DNA of 64,000 nucleotides from an uncultured Candidatus Saccharibacteria bacterium (GTDB lineage Bacteria; Patescibacteriota; Saccharimonadia; Saccharimonadales; Saccharimonadaceae): contig CAZPEO010000001.1 of NCBI GenBank assembly GCA_964585675.1, positions 398-64,397 on the forward strand. The letters are read 5' to 3'. Every line of letters begins with the position of its first letter. Within the stretch, counting starts at the first letter, position 1. The notes beneath the pieces are model-generated. The model did not search any database. It was not told the origin of the DNA and was given only the letters and a program-made list of their open reading frames with translations. Position numbers and translations under genes: made by a program. Shown here piece after piece: positions 1 to 9,606 of this stretch.

Positions 1-1
1 C

Positions 2-247
2 AAAGAGTCGACAAACCTGGCTGAAAAACTCTATAAAGAGCTGCAAGACAAAGGTATAGAAGTACTGTATGATGATCGCGACGAGCGTCCAGGCACGAAA
101 TTTGCTGATGCTGAGCTACTTGGGATTCCGTATCGAGTGACAGTGAGCGATAGGTTGGCGGCTGAACAAAAGTATGAATTTACCCCGAGAAATACGGGTG
201 AAACTATACTCTTGACGCACGACGAATTACTTGCTAAACTGAGCTAA
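2..247 (+). CDS. proS: Prolyl-tRNA synthetase, C-terminal anticodon-binding domain (5'-truncated by window)
   Basis: Frame 2 reads ...LYKELQDKGIEVLYDDRDERPGTKFADAELLGIPYRVTV...*, the ProRS-type class IIa anticodon-binding motif (DDR.ERPG.KFADA.L.G.P). Confidence 0.85.
   Translation, partial: KESTNLAEKLYKELQDKGIEVLYDDRDERPGTKFADAELLGIPYRVTVSDRLAAEQKYEFTPRNTGETILLTHDELLAKLS
212..240 (+). promoter_or_regulatory. Sigma70-type promoter for greA
   Basis: TTGACG-17 nt-TAAACT inside the proS 3' end. Confidence 0.6.
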
Positions 248-333
248 CTTGAGCAGTCTTGGAGGGGTTAGAAACACTAGTTGCGAAGTAAGCTAGGTCC
301 TTCCATGGGGCTCTATTTGAAAAGAGGTAAATT

Positions 334-786
334 ATGAAAAAAGCATACCAAATTACAGCACAAGGTCGTGCCGAGCTCGAAGCAGAGTTGGCTGAACTCA
401 AGAGTCGCCGTGGCGATATCGCTGAGAAGATAGCCGAAGCAAGAGATTATGGAGATCTCACTGAAAATGCTGAATACGACAGTGCCCGCGAGGAGCAGGG
501 TCTCGTCGAAACGCGCATTGCTGAGATCGAAGATATCCTCATGAATGCCGAGGAGATCAAGGCGAAAAAATCAGACAAAGTCCAGCTCGGTAGTACTGTG
601 GAGATCAAAAATGGCAAGACGACGACCTACCACATAGTAGGGCCAGTCGAAGCTGATCCACTCAATGGCAAAATCAGCAACGAATCACCACTTGGTATGG
701 CGTTGCTTGGCAAAACAGTGGGAGAAAAGGCAAGCATCACCACGCCAAAAGGTGACACTACCTACACTATCGTCGCAATTTCGTAA
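334..786 (+). CDS. greA: Transcription elongation factor GreA
   Basis: GDLTENAEY and ISNESPLGMALLG motifs; AGAGGT RBS. Confidence 0.97.
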   Translation: MKKAYQITAQGRAELEAELAELKSRRGDIAEKIAEARDYGDLTENAEYDSAREEQGLVETRIAEIEDILMNAEEIKAKKSDKVQLGSTVEIKNGKTTTYHIVGPVEADPLNGKISNESPLGMALLGKTVGEKASITTPKGDTTYTIVAIS

Positions 787-818
787 CTATTTATACGCGA
801 ACGGTCGAGTATTTCAAT

Positions 819-847
819 AAAAGCACTTCATCAGAGGAGTGCTTTTT
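819..847 (+). terminator. Intrinsic terminator after greA
   Basis: AAAAGCACTTC-ATCA-GAGGAGTGCTTTTT hairpin with U-tract. Confidence 0.7.
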
Positions 848-884
848 GCAAGCGGTGAGGGTTTTGGGTATAATAAAAGTAATT

Positions 885-2393
885 ATGGCAACATTAAAAG
901 AACTACGCGACGAGCGGCTACGAAAATTGGATGAATTACGGCAACTGGGCATCAATGCGTACCCAGCGAATACGTCACCTCGGTATGCTATCGCAGAGAT
1001 GGTTGCGAAGTTTGATGAAATTGAAGGCCAGACGGTTACAGTAGCTGGTCGTGTCATGACGACGCGTAAGTTTGGTAAGTTGGCATTTTTGGTACTGAGA
1101 GATATGAGCGGGCAGGTTCAATTGTTTCTCAAATCCGACACGGTCGCGCCTCTGGATGCTTCAAAGTCACAGCTCGGGATGGAGCAGCTGAACCTCATTG
1201 ACCCTGGCGACTTCGTAGAGGCCACTGGTCCGTTAATTCGTACGAAAACCGGAGAGATATCGGTTGATGTGCGCGTACTGCGGCTACTGACTAAAAGTCT
1301 ACGCGGTATGCCGACCGACCAAGAGGGCTTCACCAACAAAGAAGAGCGTCTGCGCCGTCGTTATGTAGATATGAATGTCAACCGTGAGGTGCGCGATAGG
1401 TTTGTGAGGCGTGCGAAGTTTTGGCAGGCGACTCGTACATTTCTAGATGACAGAGGATTTGTGGAAGTGAATATTCCTGTGCTCGAGCACACCACGGGCG
1501 GGGCAGACGCCAATCCGTTTGTGACACACATGGATGCGCTCGACCAAGACTTTTATTTGCGGATTAGCCACGAGCTCCCGCTCAAGCGACTACTGGGGGC
1601 GGGGTTTGAAAAAGTCTACGATGTCGGTCCACGATTTCGTAATGAAAACTATAGCGACGAACATCTGCCTGAGCACGTGGCGATGGAGTGGTACTGGGCG
1701 TATGCTGATTGGCAGGATGGAATTTGGCTACAAGAAGAACTGTTTAAATATGTACTGCAGGAGACCTTCGGCACATTGCAGTTCACACTTGGTGAGTTTG
1801 AGATCGACTTGGCCGGAGAGTGGGAGCGCTGGGATTATGCCGAAACAATCGAGAAGCGTTATGGGCTTAATCCCTTCGAGTGCACACTCGAGCAAGTTCA
1901 GCAAGCGCTCAAGGACAATAAGCTCGAAGTCGAAAAAGCCGACAATAAAGCGCGTGGCATCGATAAATTATGGAAAAACATTCGCAAAGACGTGACAGGG
2001 CCTATTTGGCTCATAAATACGCCGACATTCATCTCGCCACTTTCAAAAGCACATCCTGATCGACCTGAGATTACCCAGCGTGCGCAAGTGGTGATTGCCG
2101 GAAGCGAACTGTGCAACTTGTTTAGCGAGCTCAATGACCCTCAGGAGCAATATGCGCGTTTCATCGAACAGCAACAGATGCGCGATGCCGGAGACGAAGA
2201 GGCGATGATGCTCGACATTGATTTTGTGGAGATGCTTGAGTATGGTATGCCACCTGCTTGCGGGCTTGGGTTTAGCGAGCGAGTATTCTGGATTTTTGAG
2301 GGAGTGACTGCGCGCGAAGGTGTGCCATTCCCACAATTACGTGCCGAAATCGACAGTACAACACGCGAATTGTATCCTGATGCAAAACTTTAA
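885..2393 (+). CDS. lysS: Lysyl-tRNA synthetase (class II)
   Basis: OB-fold (AGRVMTTRKFGKLAF), GGADANPF, FRNE, EYGMPP motifs; start set at ATG 885, downstream of TTGCAA-17-TATAAT. Confidence 0.97.
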   Translation: MATLKELRDERLRKLDELRQLGINAYPANTSPRYAIAEMVAKFDEIEGQTVTVAGRVMTTRKFGKLAFLVLRDMSGQVQLFLKSDTVAPLDASKSQLGMEQLNLIDPGDFVEATGPLIRTKTGEISVDVRVLRLLTKSLRGMPTDQEGFTNKEERLRRRYVDMNVNREVRDRFVRRAKFWQATRTFLDDRGFVEVNIPVLEHTTGGADANPFVTHMDALDQDFYLRISHELPLKRLLGAGFEKVYDVGPRFRNENYSDEHLPEHVAMEWYWAYADWQDGIWLQEELFKYVLQETFGTLQFTLGEFEIDLAGEWERWDYAETIEKRYGLNPFECTLEQVQQALKDNKLEVEKADNKARGIDKLWKNIRKDVTGPIWLINTPTFISPLSKAHPDRPEITQRAQVVIAGSELCNLFSELNDPQEQYARFIEQQQMRDAGDEEAMMLDIDFVEMLEYGMPPACGLGFSERVFWIFEGVTAREGVPFPQLRAEIDSTTRELYPDAKL

Positions 2394-2402
2394 GAGATGT
2401 AT

Positions 2403-2699
2403 CTAGGCGTCAAGAGACGAGCTGCTGTCAGCTAGTTCACCGAGGAGTATGTCGACTTCATCGGAGACGATATCGGCAAAATCAGGTACATTGACTGTGA
2501 GCCAAGCTAACAATTCTTCATCGCTTGATTGTTGCATAGTTGCAAGCTCCGAGGCTTGTTCTGGCTCAAGCTCCAAGACGATTTCGTTGATAACTCGCTC
2601 GTCGAGTGTGGTTTCGAAATGCTTGGCGAGCGAATCAAAGTCTTCGTCGCTGAGCGACAAACCGAGGTCCTGGAGAATAGTTCGGGTTAATAGTGGCAT
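2403..2699 (-). CDS. Small acidic protein, DUF5663-like (CPR-typical)
   Basis: 98 aa helical acidic protein with the LQDLGL...TLDERV...WL pattern; AAGGA RBS. Confidence 0.6.
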   Translation of the reverse strand: MPLLTRTILQDLGLSLSDEDFDSLAKHFETTLDERVINEIVLELEPEQASELATMQQSSDEELLAWLTVNVPDFADIVSDEVDILLGELADSSSSLDA

Positions 2700-2717
2700 A
2701 GAATTCCTTTCATAGAA

Positions 2718-3938
2718 TTATCCATTTGATACTTCCTGTGCGGTGGCATTTCTGGCGGCAGATTCACGCTCTGCTCGCGCCTGGTAGGCATCGGCCGTTT
2801 CAGAGGTCTGTGCAGTCGCTACTTTTTGTGCGCGGAGCTGCTCTTGGCTTGAGGCGCGCTCGTCGGCAAGTTCGGCAACTTTTCTGCGACTTTCTTCGGC
2901 TACACTATGCCAGTAGGGTATTTCTCGCTCCTGATAAATTGTTAGTTGCTGCTGAGCCTCTTGAAGCTGAGCTATGAGTCCGATTGTGCCTATCGTGTCG
3001 TCTTCGGGGAGTTGATCGATTTGTGCTTGTAGCTCCGCGACGCGCTGCTCGGCAGCAGGTAAATGAATAGTTTGTATTTCGCGCAGTGTTTCGCTAGCAG
3101 CATGTGCTTCGCCAGCGTATTGTTCGGATCGAGCGCGGTTGGTTTCAAGCGACTGGGTGATCTTTGTCTCTCGTTTGGTTGATGCTTTGACCTGTCGTTC
3201 GGCTTTGCGGGCAAGTCGTTCGCTCGTGGCGGCACTTGCGGCGATAGCACCGACACGATCGAGGTGCTCTTTAGGGATGTCTTTGATAATCGCACGCGTC
3301 TCTAGCCGTGAGGCACCTTGACTACGTAGCTCGTGACGCATCGCCTTGCGTGCCAGGGCTTTTTCACGGCGGTCGCGTAATTCGGCGATATATTCGCTGC
3401 GGCGAGCTTCTTTGTTTTTGCCGACTGCATCGACTCGATCTTTCATGCGACCCGTATGGGTGTTGTATGCATTCTTGGCTCTGTCGTGCCGCATCTGTGC
3501 ATTTGCAGCCTTTCGCTCTCGACGTTTTCGTAGTCTGTTAGTAGCAGGCAGATGTTGTACTTCTTCGAGTTTTCGAAGTTGACGATCAAGCAATCCTTTG
3601 GTGACAGATTGAGAGAGGCCTAGGCGCATCTTGGCTGGTGTGTCGAGTGCGTTTTTCCATTTTGCTTGAACAGACTCAATAGCAGCAATCCGTTGGTTAC
3701 CAACCTCGTGAATTGCACGGCGAACAGGATATCGTTTACCGAGAATTTCTGCACCTGTATAACGAACCTCTGCATCTGGTACCGATTCAAGTGGTTCGAA
3801 TTCGTCGGTAGATGTCGGCATCTCTGAATGTGCTGGTTGTTTGTCTGGTGGAATATATTCAGGTATATCTGGGGGCGCGGGAGGCGCGGTCTCTCCAATT
3901 GTTTGTGCTGGTGCGGTTGCTCGGCGTCTTTCTGACAT
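2718..3938 (-). CDS. Hypothetical coiled-coil protein
   Basis: 406 aa ORF with AAGGA RBS; Pro-rich N-terminus, R/K-rich middle, long helical C-terminus. Confidence 0.7.
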   Translation of the reverse strand: MSERRRATAPAQTIGETAPPAPPDIPEYIPPDKQPAHSEMPTSTDEFEPLESVPDAEVRYTGAEILGKRYPVRRAIHEVGNQRIAAIESVQAKWKNALDTPAKMRLGLSQSVTKGLLDRQLRKLEEVQHLPATNRLRKRRERKAANAQMRHDRAKNAYNTHTGRMKDRVDAVGKNKEARRSEYIAELRDRREKALARKAMRHELRSQGASRLETRAIIKDIPKEHLDRVGAIAASAATSERLARKAERQVKASTKRETKITQSLETNRARSEQYAGEAHAASETLREIQTIHLPAAEQRVAELQAQIDQLPEDDTIGTIGLIAQLQEAQQQLTIYQEREIPYWHSVAEESRRKVAELADERASSQEQLRAQKVATAQTSETADAYQARAERESAARNATAQEVSNG

Positions 3939-4037
3939 GGCCTATTCCTTTTCGTTTTGTTTGTATAGTAGCATAAGCAAAAATACTCGACAATCACTCC
4001 AAGAAGCCTCATACTATCTACCAGAGGAGTGCAGGCA

Positions 4038-4721
4038 ATGATAGAAGTTGATAGTGTCACAAAAACGTACGGCAAAAAGAAGAATACATTCACAGCGCTT
4101 GACAACGTGAGCTTTTCGATCCCAGATGGTGCGAGTGTGGCGATCGTTGGAAAGTCTGGTAGTGGCAAAAGTACGCTCATGCATGCCATGAGTGGGCTGG
4201 ACAGGCCAGAGACAGGACGAGTGGTGATCGATGGTGAAAATATTTTGGGACTTAAACAAAAAGCGGTCGACCAGTTTCGCAGTGAGAAGATGGCTTTTAT
4301 TTTCCAGAGTTTTTTTGTGCAAGGGAACGAAAGTTGTTACAACAACGTGATTCTTCCGCTTGAGATCGCGCGAGCCCCTGTAGGTCAGCGCAAGACCAAG
4401 ACTCTCAAAGCACTCAAAGCAGTTGGTCTCGACGACAAAATCAAGTCACGAGCTCGCGACCTCTCGGGCGGGCAGAAACAGCGCCTGGCGATTGCACGGG
4501 CAATTGTCAATGACCCTAAGATATTGTTTGCTGATGAGCCGACCGGCAACCTCGACAGTGCGACGGGTGAGCAGATTGAGGATCTGCTATTTAGTTACAA
4601 TAAAAAACGCGGCACCACTCTTATCGTGGTCACACATGATCTCGATCTTGCCAAAAAGTGCGACATGCAAGTATACATCAAGGACGGTCGCGTTGTGCGA
4701 GTGACAGGAGGAAAATCATGA
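4038..4721 (+). CDS. ABC transporter ATP-binding protein (LolD/MacB-like)
   Basis: [31 protein letters not shown]. Confidence 0.95.
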   Translation: MIEVDSVTKTYGKKKNTFTALDNVSFSIPDGASVAIVGKSGSGKSTLMHAMSGLDRPETGRVVIDGENILGLKQKAVDQFRSEKMAFIFQSFFVQGNESCYNNVILPLEIARAPVGQRKTKTLKALKAVGLDDKIKSRARDLSGGQKQRLAIARAIVNDPKILFADEPTGNLDSATGEQIEDLLFSYNKKRGTTLIVVTHDLDLAKKCDMQVYIKDGRVVRVTGGKS

Positions 4722-6085
4722 AACGAGTCGATATCGCCAAGCGCGCAGGACGAAACTTGCGACAGGCTAAGGGCCGTACAATTTTGACAAGCCTGGCAAT
4801 TGCAGTCGGCGCATTTACCCTAACGATGGCGCTGGCGGCAGGCCAGGGTATGCGCGACTACACCGAGAAGCTTCTTCAGACCAACATCGACCCGCAAGCA
4901 GTGTTTATCGTCAAAGATAAAACCATGTTTGGGCAGGGTGGTGAGGTGGGGCTACGAGAGTACGATCCCGATGTCAGCGCGGCGAGCACTGGTCGTCCCG
5001 GCGCGACTATAAAAATGATGACTGATAGCGACGTGGAGTATCTCAAGTCGCGTGGAGATTTGACGCAGATTGTCCCAGTTTATCAGCTCAGCCCAAAATG
5101 GGTGACGTTTGAGTCAAGCACGAAACGCTATATCGGCGCGGTCGACTATTATGATGCAACGGTGCTCAGTGAGACGAGAGCAGGTAGTTTGCCTCCGCTC
5201 GGCCAGCAAATTGGCGATGATACCGTCGTCGTGCCACAAAAATATGCAGAGTCACTTGGTGTTGAACCGAGTGCGCTGATAGGCAAAAAAGTGGTCTTGA
5301 CGTTTACCCAACAAACCACACGCGCTTCGCAGGAGCAGATTCAGACGGCGTTTATGGAAGGTGGAACGGCAGCGGTCGAGAAGCTGCTTCAGCCGATTGA
5401 AAAAGATTTTAGCTTTACTGTTCTTGCCGTTTCAAAAACAAGTACGATGTCACTTGGTGCAAGCCCGCGGCTCATGATCTCGGCAAATAGCGCCAAGCTG
5501 GTAAATGATTTTGCTTCAGCAGGTACCGCTGGTGCGGGTAAATACATGGGAGTGTCGGCGCTTGCCGCACAAGGGAAAGTCCCAACGGACATCAAGTCCG
5601 ACCTCGACAAACAAGCATACTATGCTCAAACAGCCAAGGATGCGCAGGGACTGCTGTTTACTATTGTTAATACTCTACAGGGCGTGGTAGTTGGCTTTGG
5701 ACTACTCGCACTTTTTGCAAGCGTATTTGGGATTATCAACACACAGTACATTTCTGTGCTTGAAAGAACCAGTCAAATCGGCCTCATGAAAGCACTCGGC
5801 ATGCCGCGCAAAGCAATCGCAAAACTATTTCGCTATGAAGCTGCCTGGATTGGGTTCCTGGGTGGAGCGCTCGGCGCAGCTATTGCTATCGCTGTGGGGA
5901 CAGCGGCAAATCCCTGGATATCAAAAGCGCTTGAGCTGGGTGAGGGAAATCAAGTGCTGGTGTTTGTGTGGTGGCATGTGGTTGCACTTATCATCACTCT
6001 GATGATGATTGCGATTGTCGCTGGGTGGTTCCCGGCTCGCAAAGCTGCTCGTCTCGACCCAATAGAAGCGTTACGAACCGAGTAG
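4718..6085 (+). CDS. ABC transporter permease (MacB/FtsX family)
   Basis: RTILT...IAVGA, ERTSQIGLMKALG, PARKAARLDPIEALR; GGAGG RBS and ATGA overlap. Confidence 0.93.
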   Translation: MKRVDIAKRAGRNLRQAKGRTILTSLAIAVGAFTLTMALAAGQGMRDYTEKLLQTNIDPQAVFIVKDKTMFGQGGEVGLREYDPDVSAASTGRPGATIKMMTDSDVEYLKSRGDLTQIVPVYQLSPKWVTFESSTKRYIGAVDYYDATVLSETRAGSLPPLGQQIGDDTVVVPQKYAESLGVEPSALIGKKVVLTFTQQTTRASQEQIQTAFMEGGTAAVEKLLQPIEKDFSFTVLAVSKTSTMSLGASPRLMISANSAKLVNDFASAGTAGAGKYMGVSALAAQGKVPTDIKSDLDKQAYYAQTAKDAQGLLFTIVNTLQGVVVGFGLLALFASVFGIINTQYISVLERTSQIGLMKALGMPRKAIAKLFRYEAAWIGFLGGALGAAIAIAVGTAANPWISKALELGEGNQVLVFVWWHVVALIITLMMIAIVAGWFPARKAARLDPIEALRTE

Positions 6086-6154
6086 CTTCCTTTCCATTCT
6101 CCTGCTGTAGGTGCCGCATCGCTCGTCGATAGCGTCGGTGCTATAATACCAAGT

Positions 6155-7450
6155 ATGCTAGATATCCGATTCATCAGGGAAAATCCCGACCGTGTGCAAG
6201 CAGCTGCGCGGCAAAAAGGCTATGACATAAACATCCAAGATTTATTGAGTGCCGATGAATCACGTCGAGAATTGCAGACAAAAGCTGATGAACTGCGCAC
6301 CAAGCGTAATGAAATTGCAGCACAGATGAAGGGCGGTAAGCCTACGCCACAACTTGTCGAGGAAGGCAAAGCAATCAAAACCGAGCTGTCCATTCTCGAG
6401 GAACGTTTGCGTAGCGAGGATGAAACCTATATTGACATGTTAAAGCAAGTTCCGAACATGCCATGGGAAGATGTGCCGGTTGGCAAGAGTGAGGACGAAA
6501 ATGTTGAGGTGAAAGTCGTCGGTGAGCAACCAGAGTTTGGCTTTGCTCCAAAAAATCACTATGAGATTGCCGAGGCCAAGGGCTGGCTCGATAAAGAGCG
6601 CGCCGCGAAAGTAGCAGGGAGCCGTTTTGCGTATATTATGGGAGACTTAGTGCTGCTTCAGCAAGCGATTATCCAGTTTGTGATGAGTTCGCTCAGTAAT
6701 CCAGAGACGATTCAAAAAATTGCACAAGATGCCGGGCTCGATGTAGGCACAAAAGGGTTTGTGCCAGTCTTACCTCCGCTTATGATTCGTACTGAGCCCT
6801 ATGACCAGATGGATCGACTCCAGCCGAGTGACGATAGGTATAAAATTGAGGGCGAAGAATTGTGGCTACAGGGAAGTGCCGAGCATGTGCTTGGCAGTAT
6901 GCACGCAGGTGAGATATTTGATGCAAAACAACTCCCGCTACGTTACTTAGGGTTCGCCACTAGCTTCCGCAAAGAAGCTGGGACGTACGGCAAGGACATG
7001 GAAGGACTGATTCGTATGCATCAGTTTGACAAGCTCGAGATGGAAAGTTTTACAGAAGCAAAGGATAGTTACGCCGAACACATGCTATTTATCGCTATCC
7101 AAGAATGGTTATTGCAGCAACTGAAGTTACCATACCGAGTACTTTTGAAGTGTACCGCAGATATCGGTAAGCCAAATGCTCGAGGCGTCGATATGGAGGT
7201 CTGGCTGCCGGGTCAAGGGAAGTACCGCGAGACGCACACGGCTGACTATATGACTGACTATCAAGCTCGTCGCCTTCAAACGCGTGTTCGCACAGAGAAT
7301 GGAGTTGAGCTTGTCCATACAAACGATGCAACTGCCTTTGCGCTGGGTCGTTGCATGGTGGCGATAATCGAGAACTGCCAAACGGCTGACGGCGATGTAC
7401 GCGTCCCTGCGGTCCTCCAGCCATATCTGGGCGGTAGAGATATAGTCTAA
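6155..7450 (+). CDS. serS: Seryl-tRNA synthetase
   Basis: MLDIRFIREN N-terminal arm, FRKEAG, RMHQFDKLE, P.VLQPYLG. Confidence 0.97.
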   Translation: MLDIRFIRENPDRVQAAARQKGYDINIQDLLSADESRRELQTKADELRTKRNEIAAQMKGGKPTPQLVEEGKAIKTELSILEERLRSEDETYIDMLKQVPNMPWEDVPVGKSEDENVEVKVVGEQPEFGFAPKNHYEIAEAKGWLDKERAAKVAGSRFAYIMGDLVLLQQAIIQFVMSSLSNPETIQKIAQDAGLDVGTKGFVPVLPPLMIRTEPYDQMDRLQPSDDRYKIEGEELWLQGSAEHVLGSMHAGEIFDAKQLPLRYLGFATSFRKEAGTYGKDMEGLIRMHQFDKLEMESFTEAKDSYAEHMLFIAIQEWLLQQLKLPYRVLLKCTADIGKPNARGVDMEVWLPGQGKYRETHTADYMTDYQARRLQTRVRTENGVELVHTNDATAFALGRCMVAIIENCQTADGDVRVPAVLQPYLGGRDIV

Positions 7451-7500
7451 AAACTTCGACGAGGGCGTACTGACGACGTACCGCATGATATACTAAAAGT

Positions 7501-7941
7501 ATGAACGGTACGCCTCAAGACAGTGAGACAACAATCCTCGGTGCAATTAATGATCTTGCGACGATGATTGATGAACGTTTTGAGCAAGTAGATGAGCGGT
7601 TTGAACAAATAGACTCACGGTTTGAACAAATAGACTCGCGGTTTGAACAAATAGACTCACGGTTTGAACAAATGGACAAACGGCTTACCACAATTGAAAG
7701 CGAAATTACCAAGATCCACCGCGAACAGTCTGAAATGCGCCAGTGGATGGAGCGGATTGATAGCCGCATATTGGGGATCGAGAGTGACATTAAAGAAATT
7801 TACGATCGCATCGTAGCGCTCGAAGCAAAAAAGGATCTGACTGCTCGCGAACAGCGTGAATTAAGTCAAAAATTCGATGCATTACTGGACTGGGCGCGCG
7901 AGGTGAGCCGTGCGACTGGCGTTGCCTTGCCAAAACTATGA
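7501..7941 (+). CDS. Coiled-coil protein with RFEQIDS heptad repeats
   Basis: 146 aa; TGATATACT -10 box lies 6 nt before the ATG. Confidence 0.8.
   Translation: MNGTPQDSETTILGAINDLATMIDERFEQVDERFEQIDSRFEQIDSRFEQIDSRFEQMDKRLTTIESEITKIHREQSEMRQWMERIDSRILGIESDIKEIYDRIVALEAKKDLTAREQRELSQKFDALLDWAREVSRATGVALPKL
7576..7680 (+). repeat. 21-bp tandem repeat x5 (CGGTTTGAACAAATAGACTCR)
   Basis: Three near-identical central units plus two degenerate flanking units, in frame. Confidence 0.9.
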
Positions 7942-9080
7942 AACGAATCATCCGGGCGGCTAGTCAAGTTGGTTACCAAAAAGTCGCCAAGCCTATTATG
8001 TTTAAGCGACAGCCAGACGCGGTGCATAGCGATATAGTAAAAGCTGCTAAGCGCATGCAAAAAACACCAGGTGTTCGACGTTTGCCGAAGTTATGGGCTC
8101 ACAAAAACCATACAATGCTCCAGCAAACAATTGCAGGAGTGACGTTTGCAAACCCTATCGGCCTCAGCGCTGGATTTGACAAAACGATTGAAATGCCAGT
8201 ACTCATGAAAAACCTCGGTTTCGGCTGGATGACTGGAGGCAGTGTGACGCTCGGGCACTACAATGGCAACGAAAAACCATGGTATCACAGGTTGCCTAGA
8301 AGCAAGTCATTGGTGGTAAATGCGGGACTTCCAAGTGAGGGTACGCCAGTGGTTGTCGACCGGGTCAGCCGCTATGACACCAGTCTATTCAAGGAGTTCC
8401 CACTCATCATATCGGTTGCAAAGACTAACTCACATGACTGCGCGAACGATACTGCGGCGATCGAGGACTACTGCCAAAGCCTCGCCGCGTTTAGTAAGCT
8501 ACCACAGGTGAATATGCTAGAAATAAACATCAGCTGCCCCAATACTTTTGGCGGCGAGCCGTTTACCACCCCAAAGCGACTAAGCGCACTGCTTGCTCAT
8601 GTCGATGCGCTTGGTCTCAAAAAGCCCATTTTTATCAAAATGCCGATTGGTTTGGAGGTAAGCGAATTTGACGATCTTCTGAGAGTGATGGCGCATCACT
8701 CCGTCGCTGGGGTAACGATAGGCAACTTGATGAAAGACCGTGCCAAAGCTCGCTTAAAAGACGACATATCGAGTGAAATAAAAGGGAATTTAAGCGGTGC
8801 GCCAAACAAAGAGGTGGCTACTGAGCTGGTGCGCCATACCTACCAAAAGTATGGAGACCGGTTTATCATTATCGGAGTAGGCGGAGTGTTTTCTGCTCAA
8901 GACGCTTACGAGAAGATCAAAGCCGGCGCTAGTCTCGTGGCACTCATTACAGGCATGATTTTTGAGGGCCCGCAGCTAATCGGCGAGATCAACTACGGTC
9001 TTGAAAAGCTCATCAAGCAAGATGGCTTCGATACAATTGCCGAAGCCATTGGTAGCGCTCACGCCAAAAAAAGCGTATAA
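7938..9080 (+). CDS. pyrD: Dihydroorotate dehydrogenase (quinone, class 2)
   Basis: NPIGLSAGFDK, INISCPN, GNLSG, IIGVGGVFS, GASLV motifs. Confidence 0.92.
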   Translation: MKRIIRAASQVGYQKVAKPIMFKRQPDAVHSDIVKAAKRMQKTPGVRRLPKLWAHKNHTMLQQTIAGVTFANPIGLSAGFDKTIEMPVLMKNLGFGWMTGGSVTLGHYNGNEKPWYHRLPRSKSLVVNAGLPSEGTPVVVDRVSRYDTSLFKEFPLIISVAKTNSHDCANDTAAIEDYCQSLAAFSKLPQVNMLEINISCPNTFGGEPFTTPKRLSALLAHVDALGLKKPIFIKMPIGLEVSEFDDLLRVMAHHSVAGVTIGNLMKDRAKARLKDDISSEIKGNLSGAPNKEVATELVRHTYQKYGDRFIIIGVGGVFSAQDAYEKIKAGASLVALITGMIFEGPQLIGEINYGLEKLIKQDGFDTIAEAIGSAHAKKSV

Positions 9081-9120
9081 TACAAGTACGTAAAACGGCT
9101 AAGCAAGAAAGGGATTGCCC

Positions 9121-9510
9121 ATGATAGCACATGTCGATATCACAGGATTTGGAAACTATAGTCCTGATGAGCCTACCAAAAAATACATCACCAAAAAGAT
9201 CGGTACACTTGATCGCCTAGCTCCACGCCATGCTCGCAAGAGTATGCGCGCTGAGGTAAAACTAGCAGAGGTCAACCGTGACAACGGCAACAAGTACGAA
9301 GTCGAAGCACTGCTTTTTGTACCAGACAAAACCATTACCGCCAAAGACTCGACTATGAATATTCTTGCAGCTGTCGATATCGTTGAAGCCAAACTAGCAG
9401 CTCAGTTGCGCAAATACAAAACTGATAGCGTGCCGCACCTCGGAAAACGAGGGATTCTGAGCCGCTTCAAACGCAGCTACGCTCGAGAGCAGCAGGAGAC
9501 AAGATTGTAG
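9121..9510 (+). CDS. hpf: Ribosome hibernation promoting factor (HPF/RaiA)
   Basis: KYITKKIGTLDR...AAVDIVEAKLAAQLRKYK; located upstream of secA. Confidence 0.85.
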   Translation: MIAHVDITGFGNYSPDEPTKKYITKKIGTLDRLAPRHARKSMRAEVKLAEVNRDNGNKYEVEALLFVPDKTITAKDSTMNILAAVDIVEAKLAAQLRKYKTDSVPHLGKRGILSRFKRSYAREQQETRL

Positions 9511-9606
9511 ATTTTCAGGTCAGTATCTCTTTTATATCTCTTCAAAACACGCTATAATACGGAGTAGTTTTGATTGAAAAAGACCTGAGGAGACAGAGGG
9601 GTACGT

